30,179 nucleotides of DNA from Caecitellus pseudoparvulus (Eukaryota > Protista > Bigyra: Bicosoecida), in contig CBFFRQ010000141.1 of NCBI GenBank assembly GCA_965644315.1, positions 1 to 30,179 on the forward strand, given 5' to 3'. Under the pieces are notes generated by a model that saw only the letters and a program-made list of their open reading frames with translations, did not search any database and had not been told where the DNA came from. Position 1 is the stretch's first letter; each line of letters begins with the position of its first letter. The position numbers and the translations under genes are program-made. This document shows, piece after piece, positions 1-7,843 of the stretch.

Positions 1-1
1 T

Positions 2-25
2 CACCGACCCTTCGAAGGTGGCAAC
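2..25 (+). repeat. Candidate left terminal inverted repeat
   Basis: caccgacccttcgaaggtggcaac matches the reverse complement of 7819-7842 (cactgatccctgcggggtgggaac) at 16/24 positions without gaps; 5 of the 8 mismatches are transitions. Flanking t(1)/a(7843) extends the match by one. Confidence 0.5.
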
Positions 26-800
26 TTTTGCGCGAACGCCTGTCAACTGTGAGTGATTTTTCAAAGTGACGGGGACGGCCAGGAAAAGCATGCAAACGGT
101 TCTGTTAGGTGGCTGGGGGTGGCTGGTGGGGATTGTGGCGCGCCGCGGTGGCGGACGGGCAGTGGGGAGGCGGCCATGTGGTGGAGAGGGTGCTGTTGGT
201 TCGCACGGTTCGGCTGGCAAGCGCGTGCGCTGTGGGCTCAAAACTTAATATGATACAAAACTCAGATCAATTGCTGCAGTTGCCTGTGGGTGCACCCTGT
301 GGTCAGTGGCAGCGCGTGGGTCTAGCTGGTGGCGCGTGCAGGGCGTCGGCAGTGGAAGGTTGCAGGCTGCGGAAATTGACGCCGCCACCACGCCGGCCGG
401 CAGGGGGATGTATACTCACGAAACGGCCTCCTCACGGCGCGTGAGGCAGGTTTGGCGATGCTACTTGGTACCATGACGCACTGGGTGGATTTTTGCGCCG
501 TTTCATGTCGCCAACCTCCGGTGCCTCTGCCTCTGCCTCTGTGAGGTTGCAGCGAGTGTGGCGCGAGGCTCAGGCTCCCTCCTGAATGGACGGTGAGCGC
601 CCTTCCTGGGTGCATGGGCTGATTCCCACGAACAGGTGAGGTGCACAGGGCATATAGGGGGAGAGGGGGGTGCACTTACACCATCCACAACACAGTGCAC
701 TGCCCGTGCATGCCTGCCGGTGGAGTGCACTCCCAAGCCGTGCCGGACTGGAAACGCGTGGCCTCCCTTGGGACTGCTCCTCAGCCACGGCACGCCACAG

Positions 801-1290
801 GTCATGAAGTGGCAGGGCAGTGTGCTGGACCACGTCTCGGCAGCACTTGGCGACGGGTGGAGGGGGGTGGACGCTCAGTGCGTGTGGGAGCGCGGCGCGC
901 AGGTTGTGCTGTGTGGTGGCATCAGCACGCGCGCTGACCAGATGCAGACCCAAGGAGGGGAGGTGGATAGATCTGTGCACGAGACTGCGCTGACACGGCG
1001 AGGCCGCTGCGTTCTAACCCTGCTACAGACCTTCGTGGGAGCCATCAGCTCCGAGGCGGGCGCCCAATCTGCGCCACGCCTGGCAGAGTCCGTGCTGGCC
1101 TTCGCAGACGCCGCGGTAGCCGGAGTCCTGCCCGAGTCGAGTCAGCTCTAGGCCGACTCGAGAGCCCTGACGCTGGTGAAGGCATTAAGGCGAGACATGC
1201 AGCGCGGAGAGGAAGCTGCGGTGAGCCGCTTGCCCCCTCAGGCTTTGTGCCGTCGCCACCTGAGGGATTTATACACAGCCTGGGGCACGT
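801..1290 (+). pseudogene. Decayed third ORF of the transposon (unknown, alpha-helical-looking protein)
   Basis: Protein-like text VMKWQGSVLDHVSAALGDGW...VLPESSQL*ADSRALTLVKALRRDMQRGEE continues in one frame across TAG 1149-1151. Preceded by a plausible intron (gtgagg 636 ... ccacag 800). Upstream frames contain further stops. End point uncertain. Confidence 0.35.
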
Positions 1291-4200
1291 CACGCGGTGG
1301 TGGGCCGGGGTCCGGCTGTGCGGCAACGGCGGCTTCCCCCGCCGCCCTGCCGGCACTGGTCACAGACGACGAGGGCCCCTCAGCGTGTTGGTTGCGCTGC
1401 TTGCCAGAGGGGCCGGCGCGCAGCCAGTGGCGGGTGGGACCCCCACTTGCCGCGCTCAGTGCGGCCATGTGCTGGGCGACGTGGGTGCACGCCCGGCCTA
1501 CGAAGCACGACCCGTTCACGATGCGCCAGTCTTGGGCCCCGGTTGTGGGAGGCTCCACGCGGTGCCAGCCACTGACACCGTCGAAGGAGGTGTCTACTGT
1601 GCGGCACAGGAACCACACGTGGCGTGGGTCGGGCACGTCTTTGGGCCGGAGGTGGGGACACAGGCACAGCGCCACGTCCAGCAACTCCCGCTGCATGCTG
1701 GGGCATGGCGCCCCTGCCTCGTGCTCTGGCAGGACAAGGTTGTCCACGTAGGCCGGCAGCTGGACGGTGTTGGTGATGCCGGAGGAGAAGGTGAGGCGCA
1801 CCTTGTCGCACTGCGCCAACTGCCACAGCGGCACGTCGTCTGGCATGTCCTCCTGGCGCAACGTCCACCCGGAGCCGGTTTCGCGCAGATCCAGCCAGGT
1901 TTGGATGGCCTCCTTGCACGGGTGCTCGGAGATGTCTGGGGCCCGGCCGACGCGGCTCTTGATGGGCACACACACCGTCGGCCAGGCCATGCCGTCAGGG
2001 TTCACCGGCACCAGGAGGTCGCCGCCTTCCTGCCGAGCGAGGGCTGCCCACCCATCTGGAGAGGCCTTGAAGCCGGCCAACGGCGGCCATGGCGCGGCTT
2101 TCAGGGACGCCACCACAGTGGCACGCTTCAGCACCCGGAGACTGGCCCCCCCCACGCCCAGATTCGTGGATCGGTGGAGACGGTTCACAACGGTGTGAAA
2201 CGTCTCCCCGATGTCGGTGTCCACGGCCTCAAGGCTGCCAAACCACCACATGCACCACCCCATGTGCGTGATGGCATGGGCCTTGGGGTACGTGACGTCG
2301 GCCGCGTCGCGGTCGGCGGAGGCCAGGCAGGCCTCCACCAACTGGAAGGAGACCATGGCTCGGGCGCACCACTGCGCCAAGCGGCATGGGTCTCCAGCTC
2401 CAGCCACGGCCCGGCCGTACACCAGGTGCACCAGCACCTCCAGCATACCGCAAGCCGCCTGTAGGGCATTCAGCACCTGCGGCTGCCCGACGACTTGATC
2501 ATCCCTGCCAACGAGGAGCGGCAGCCAGGGCAGCGTGGCCAGCCGCTCCTCGGCAGTCAGCTTGGAAGGCCCTGAGAACAGGGCCCCTGACAGGCCTTCG
2601 CGAAGGCCCATGACCCGCACGCCGTCCACGTTGTGGGGTGTGCACGCAGCGGCTCGGGCTTCGAAGGTCGCCTTCCGACTCTTCTGGGTGCCGACCCCGC
2701 GGGCCTCCCAACCTCGCCGGAAGAGGCCCCAGACCTTTTCCCCGGTCACGGCAGAGGCCATGACGTGGGTACGGTCTGTGGGCCGAGCCGCGTAGGGGGA
2801 GCCTCCCGGGAACAACGCACTGTACCTTTCACAAGCACACACGTGCTGGGGGTACTTGCGCTGGTTCAGCACGGCCTTCACGCTGTCTGGCAAGCCCATC
2901 CCTTCCTCGTGGGCTTTCTTTGCTGCGTCAAGGGCGTCTTGGTGTTCCCGGGGTGGCCGGTGGGTGCAGCTCGTCAGGCAGGCGACGCATGGGGGGATGG
3001 CGAAGTCGGGCGTCTTGGGCAAGCCGGTGGCAGGGTCTTGCTTCGGAGGGGGGGGGCACGAACAGTGGGTGCTGTGGAACTGCTTGAGGTTTAGGAGCAC
3101 CCAAGCCTCCTTGAAGTCCAGTGACAGGACGGCGATGAAGACCCGCACCTTGCAGTGGTACACGGTGCGGCCGCCTCGCTGTCTGTGAACAGTGCTCACC
3201 CCCAGCGCCGTCAGGCGAGCTGCTGCCTCTGCATCCTCGGTGGACGCCCAGAAAGCCCCGGCAGCGTTTCCCTCCTGGATGGGCTTGAGGAGGAGCTCCT
3301 CAAACTCGGCCTGCTTCGCCAGGTGGCGCTGCAGGCCGCCGTCGCCAACCGTGTCGGACAGGTCGGCGTCCCCTGACAGCAGGCCCACCAGCGTCGACGA
3401 GCATGTGCTCCTGGTATGAGCCGTGCCGACGCAGAGTGGGCCTATGGACAGGGGGCGCACCATGGTCTTGGAGCGCCCGTCCAGCACGGCGTCATCCAGG
3501 AAGACGCGGATGGGCATGGGCAGGGCGTGGTCGGCCAGCGCCTCCCTCCAGCACACCCGCATGCACTCGCCGGATGCAAAGCCGGAGTACGTGCGGGTGC
3601 TCGGTTCCGTGCCACCCGCGCTGGTGGGCGCCTGCAGGCCTGCCCCTGCCTTCCACGTCGTGCCAGGGAGGCGTGTCAGGGTGGCCCCTGGGCAGTTGCG
3701 TTCGAAGTGATCATATGCCAGCTCGTCTGCCTGCTGAAACAAGGAAATGCTCGTCACCGCCTCTGCACGGGTGCTGGGGACCTGCACGGCAGGCACGTGC
3801 ATGGGGTCTGGGACAGTGCCCGCCCCCCGCACAGGCATCATGGTCGACACATCGTGCCGCTTGGCCATGTCCTGCAGCACTGCCTTGATGTCGAGACTGG
3901 CCACCACCGACTTGCCGGCGCAGGATGTCACCGTCCTGTCGCTGGCCCCCTTCAGGAGCGGGTACCGAGTCAGTTGCTTCTGCTGCTTGTCCAGCTCCTT
4001 CGCTGGGGGGCGAGGCATGTGGGCCATGACCACCTTCAGGGTGCGCCACGGGGCCTTGGTCTGCAGGAGCACAGCCACAAACCAGGCCCAGTCATACGCT
4101 CGGACTGCGTGGATCCCCGCGCCACTGCACGACGTGTTCAGCATGACCTTGAGCGCATGGAGGTTTGGGGTGTCTGGGAAGTCGGTGGGGGGCGCTGGCT

Positions 4201-4705
4201 CCTCGGCAGGTTCGCATGCCTCCCCGCTGGGGCCGGTCTGTGGCGGGCCGGGGGCAGCAGCAGCTGCGGGAGCGTACGGCTCAGAGGCAAAGAAGCTGTC
4301 TTCGAACTCGCCATCGCCGGCTCCTGCCCCAAGGTCAGCGCCGTCCAGGGCTGCCGCTGGTGTCGGCGTGGCAGCCCCGAAGGGTACTCCGGCGCCGGCG
4401 CCTGCGTTGGCGCCAGGGGCCGCGTGAAGCTCTGAAAACTGCTGGGGGTTGGCGTGCTCAAGTGCATCTTGCTGTGATGCGACTGCATCTCGGGGGGATG
4501 CTGCGTGGCTGCACCGTGGAGCCTTGGAAGTGTAGCGAATGTCACGGGCGCGAAGCCGATGAGACTTCTTCACGCTGCGGTGGAGCCCAGTGCCAACGGT
4601 GTGGGGGTTCTTCTTGCAGAAACGCAAGTGATGCAAAACATTAGTGCTGCAAGAGAAGGTCTTCTGGCAGTACGGGCAGATGGCGACCTCATCATGCGAG
4701 GCCAT
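1238..4705 (-). CDS. Plavaka-like DDE transposase with N-terminal C2H2/C2HC zinc finger, 1155 aa
   Basis: N-terminal CPYCQKTFSCSTNVLHHLRFC finger, then motifs in the order expected for Plavaka/CMC transposases: PIRVFLDDAVLD...RPLSIGPL (first D, ~3491-3496), IAVLSLDFKEA + HCSC (second D, ~3115), PTDRTHVM (DxxH, ~2770), SKLTAEER, YPKAHAITH..MWWFGSLEAVDTDIGETFH..HRSTN (catalytic E, ~2205). Uninterrupted ORF with ATG start. Confidence 0.85.
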   Translation of the reverse strand: MASHDEVAICPYCQKTFSCSTNVLHHLRFCKKNPHTVGTGLHRSVKKSHRLRARDIRYTSKAPRCSHAASPRDAVASQQDALEHANPQQFSELHAAPGANAGAGAGVPFGAATPTPAAALDGADLGAGAGDGEFEDSFFASEPYAPAAAAAPGPPQTGPSGEACEPAEEPAPPTDFPDTPNLHALKVMLNTSCSGAGIHAVRAYDWAWFVAVLLQTKAPWRTLKVVMAHMPRPPAKELDKQQKQLTRYPLLKGASDRTVTSCAGKSVVASLDIKAVLQDMAKRHDVSTMMPVRGAGTVPDPMHVPAVQVPSTRAEAVTSISLFQQADELAYDHFERNCPGATLTRLPGTTWKAGAGLQAPTSAGGTEPSTRTYSGFASGECMRVCWREALADHALPMPIRVFLDDAVLDGRSKTMVRPLSIGPLCVGTAHTRSTCSSTLVGLLSGDADLSDTVGDGGLQRHLAKQAEFEELLLKPIQEGNAAGAFWASTEDAEAAARLTALGVSTVHRQRGGRTVYHCKVRVFIAVLSLDFKEAWVLLNLKQFHSTHCSCPPPPKQDPATGLPKTPDFAIPPCVACLTSCTHRPPREHQDALDAAKKAHEEGMGLPDSVKAVLNQRKYPQHVCACERYSALFPGGSPYAARPTDRTHVMASAVTGEKVWGLFRRGWEARGVGTQKSRKATFEARAAACTPHNVDGVRVMGLREGLSGALFSGPSKLTAEERLATLPWLPLLVGRDDQVVGQPQVLNALQAACGMLEVLVHLVYGRAVAGAGDPCRLAQWCARAMVSFQLVEACLASADRDAADVTYPKAHAITHMGWCMWWFGSLEAVDTDIGETFHTVVNRLHRSTNLGVGGASLRVLKRATVVASLKAAPWPPLAGFKASPDGWAALARQEGGDLLVPVNPDGMAWPTVCVPIKSRVGRAPDISEHPCKEAIQTWLDLRETGSGWTLRQEDMPDDVPLWQLAQCDKVRLTFSSGITNTVQLPAYVDNLVLPEHEAGAPCPSMQRELLDVALCLCPHLRPKDVPDPRHVWFLCRTVDTSFDGVSGWHRVEPPTTGAQDWRIVNGSCFVGRACTHVAQHMAALSAASGGPTRHWLRAGPSGKQRNQHAEGPSSSVTSAGRAAGEAAVAAQPDPGPPPRDVPQAVYKSLRWRRHKA

Positions 4706-4867
4706 GTCTGCTCAAACTGCGCAGGCAGAAGCAATTACCGCACTTGCAACGCCACCACAGTGGCGCAGTCTGCACCATTTGCCAAACCCAACACCTTTCA
4801 TTTGAGCAAATATTGTTGCTTTGCATTTTTGTTGTGGCTAGATCCCTGGTGCAACCCCGCTTCCCTC
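4706..4867. promoter_or_regulatory. Putative bidirectional promoter between transposase and accessory gene
   Basis: 162-nt gap between head-to-head ATGs (4705 minus, 4868 plus), with a locally AT-rich patch at ~4775-4835 in otherwise very GC-rich DNA. Confidence 0.45.
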
Positions 4868-6696
4868 ATGAGCGCCGCTCCCTCAGGGGGACACCTGCCC
4901 CCTGCCGACGCAGCCAGTGCGCCGAGCGCCCTCCCTGCTCTAAAGCACAAGGCCGCCATGACGAAAGTGAGGCGATTTGCAGAGGAAAGGCTAGGAGGGA
5001 CACATGTCGAGGGGCAAGGAAGCCACGGCCTCGACAGTGGGACCTTGAGCCGTGAGTTTGTTGTGGCAAGTTTTTCCTCAAACACGCCACGCCAACACGC
5101 CTGTGCCTGCGCCGACCCCTCAGGCACGGACTTTCTGCGGGCAAGCTTTGCAGCATTGATGCAAACACTTGAAGGACAATCTGAGCAGCCGTCAGATGGT
5201 GCAGGTACGCCCAGCTGCACGTGCTGAAGGCGCAGCGCCTGGCCTGCGCATGCACTGGTTGGCTCCGCTCCTGCGCAGGCGAGGCGCCCGCCACCCCTGG
5301 AAGCCAGGATGTGCATGATGGGATCCATCTCCCAGAGCTGCAAAAACTTACCAGCAGCTCCGATGCGCGTGCCAGGCGCAGGTTGTTGAGAGGGCTTGCC
5401 ATCCACATGGAGGTGGTGGAGGAGATCGTGGCAGCTCAGGCCGCCACCATCGCGCAACTTGTGCGCCAAGTACAAGCCCTCTCAGCCCCAGTGCAGGTCA
5501 GCACAGCCCAGAGAAGCAAGCCCCAGGACTGCCCACTGGTGGCATTTGGTGAAGAAGAGGGTGACCCCGCGGCCGCCTTTCGCCGACTGTGGACCAGGGC
5601 CGTCTTGGAGGGGGGTGTGGGTGTCTTTGGGGGCGGGACCTTGGATGCCGTCAAGGCCATGGTGGAGCGCCAGGAGAGTGGCCTGCCAGACTGGATGGGC
5701 GCCCTTGGCTTGGAGGCCCCCTTGCAGGGGGTCTACGAGGGGGAGCACTCCGCGGTGTGGGCGGCCGTGCAAGCTGCCGTCGCCAGCGTCAAGGAGGGCA
5801 TGGGTGGGTACGCTGCGGGTCAAAAGCGCATGCGAGCGCGTGTTCGGAAGTTCATGGACAATGCGACGGGGATTGTGGGCATTCAGAAGGAGATCGGCGG
5901 AGAGGCAGTGAGCAGGTCAGCCGCCGGCCGCCGAGAGATTGACCACCGCATCCAAGTGCTGAAAGGGAACATTGAGATGGAGGACTGGATTGCATGGTAC
6001 AAGCCAAAGAGTGGTCGCGTTGGGAAGGAGTCCTTCACTAACCCGGAAATCGAGGCGCTGCACGCTGCCAACTTCGCCGCCATCGGCGTGCTGGGGGATG
6101 GTCAGGACCCCCCTCTGCTCGAGGACCTGCTGCTGGCCTCACTGCGGGACGCTGCCAGTGGCACCAGGGAGTCCAAGACCGACAAGCTGTACAGCTTCGT
6201 GCAGGTGGGGTACAACGCTGCCGTGGGCCCCAACCCCCGGGACTCAGGGTGGGGCGACCTCACCCCGCCTGACCTCTCCAAGGAGCGCTTCCACACCCTG
6301 TCGTGGGCGCACCTGCAGCTGCTCTTGCCGTTCATTGCGCTCGCGTGGCTGGACGCCCGGCGCGAGTCGCTGCGGGATGGCCGCCTGGAGTGGGTGCTCA
6401 GTCGCATGACGACCTTGGACTCGGCGGCGGACCACGCGGCGTTGATGGCGCGCCTGGAAGCTGAAGCTGCGCCACAGCAAGCCCCCAGCGCTGACGCACA
6501 TGGGCCGGCAATTGGCCGCCCCATGGGTGGGGGCGTGCGCTGTCGAGAGGGAACGGGCCCGGAGGACCCACGCCGCACCAGCGAGCCCCGGAGCAGCAGC
6601 TCAAGCGGGAGCCTGAGGAGCACCAGCCCAAGAGGGAGCCCAGGGAACAGCTGGAGCTCCTGTGAGAGCACCGAGGCCTCGTCTTGGGAGCGTTGA
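4868..6696 (+). CDS. Transposon accessory protein (ORF2), ~584 aa; exons 4868-5204 and 5279-6696
   Basis: A 74-nt intron (gtacgc 5205 ... ctgcgcag 5278) joins the ATG-4868 frame in phase to the 5221-6696 ORF (DGA-G-EAP). Predicted coiled coil (EEIVAAQAATIAQLVRQVQAL), helical globular region, low-complexity Ser-rich tail. No confident family. Confidence 0.7.
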
Positions 6697-7818
6697 CAAG
6701 CACCCACACGTGAGTGGCGGGGTGTGGAGGTGTTGCACTGACTCATCAAGCATGGGCTCATGTGCTCAGTGACGTGTACGGGCGCCCTCAATGCAGGAGC
6801 AGCGCCGCCGCTTGTCCATGCCACGGTCTGGCGTCTGTGGGCCCACCGACCCAAGACGTTGGTGGTGCCCCCGGGCGCAGAGCCAGTGGCACTCCGTCAC
6901 ACCTGCGCAAATCAGACTCACCCTCCCATCCTGCCCCCCTAACCCTTTCGCAGATGTCTTGCTACCTGTGCGTCGTAGTGCGCCGCAGGTGAGTGTGCAC
7001 AGGCGCTGGCGTGCCTGGGACCGTGCCTGCACACCATCACCTTGACATATTCCGCAGGCACTTGCCACGCCCTCCATTCCTCTTGAACCCGCGCGCGCCC
7101 GCCCCAATCCACCCTCGTCCACAGGTATGCGTGTATTGAATATTGCTTTGAAGAGAGCGAAACGGGGAAGGGCGCCGCCACATTCGCTGCGCGGGCCGGT
7201 GAGTGAGTGACCCGCCGCTGTAACGCCAGTGCCAACGCGCACTCTGACAGGGAGCCCCCGCTCGGCCCTGCGCCCACCCCTGCACTGTACAGACCCACAT
7301 AAAGCATATCAACCATCAAAGGTGAGTGTGCGGGTGCTCACAGCGCCCGTGCACCGCCCACGCCTGCACCCGTACAGGCGTTTCCTCCTGCGCAGAGCCT
7401 CTGCAACGCCATCACGCAGCCCGCCCCCCCCCCTTCCTCCACAGGGAGCGCCAGGACGCATGTTCCCACTGGATGACTTCCCGGACCAATCAGGTGAGCC
7501 CTTGCGGGACGTGCTGGCCCCCGCAATGGCGTCTTCGCAGTGCCTGTGCCGCCAGCGCAGCATGCGTGCCCACGCACGCGAGGCGCAGGCGGCCCAGGCC
7601 AATGGCTGCATGGCGCGGCCCCGCAGGGGCCACGGGCGCACTGTACAATGCAATGAGTTTCACACAAGGCCTGCATTTCGGCGCGCGGAGCCCAATTCAG
7701 CGGGCAGGGGGGCCGGCTGCCAGGAGGCACCGCGAACGGGGGCAGCCCCCATCAACCGCGCCTTGGTTCCTGGGGAGAAAGCTGGTCCGCCCCCCATCAA
7801 CGAAGGAACCCCCGCGTG

Positions 7819-7842
7819 GTTCCCACCCCGCAGGGATCAGTG
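7819..7842 (-). repeat. Candidate right terminal inverted repeat (reads CACTG inward)
   Basis: Ends ...cagggatcagtg, i.e. CACTG on the minus strand, a known CACTA/CACTG-type terminus. Inverted match to 2-25. Preceded by direct repeats cccccatcaac at 7746-7756 and 7791-7801. Confidence 0.5.
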
Positions 7843-7843
7843 A

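Larger units (their letters stand above)
2..7842 (-). mobile_element. Putative full-length Plavaka-type (CMC/EnSpm-CACTA superfamily) DNA transposon, ~7.84 kb
   Basis: Contains an intact transposase with Plavaka-type motifs and a divergent accessory gene. Bounded by imperfect inverted termini starting CAC at 2 and ending GTG at 7842. The host reading frame opens right after the right terminus. The left flank is outside the window, so a TSD cannot be seen. Confidence 0.7.

Noticed and set aside
1247-4644. Plus-strand ORFs antisense to the transposase (e.g. 405 aa, 339 aa) and similar shadow ORFs elsewhere
   Set aside because: Expected shadows of high-GC coding sequence, with no recognisable motifs.
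7177-7202. Alternative right TIR (gccacattcg...gggccggtga) resembling the reverse complement of the window start
   Set aside because: Needs a 4-nt gap, coincides with a splice donor, and does not mark a transition to host coding sequence as 7842 does. Could at most be an internal degenerate copy.
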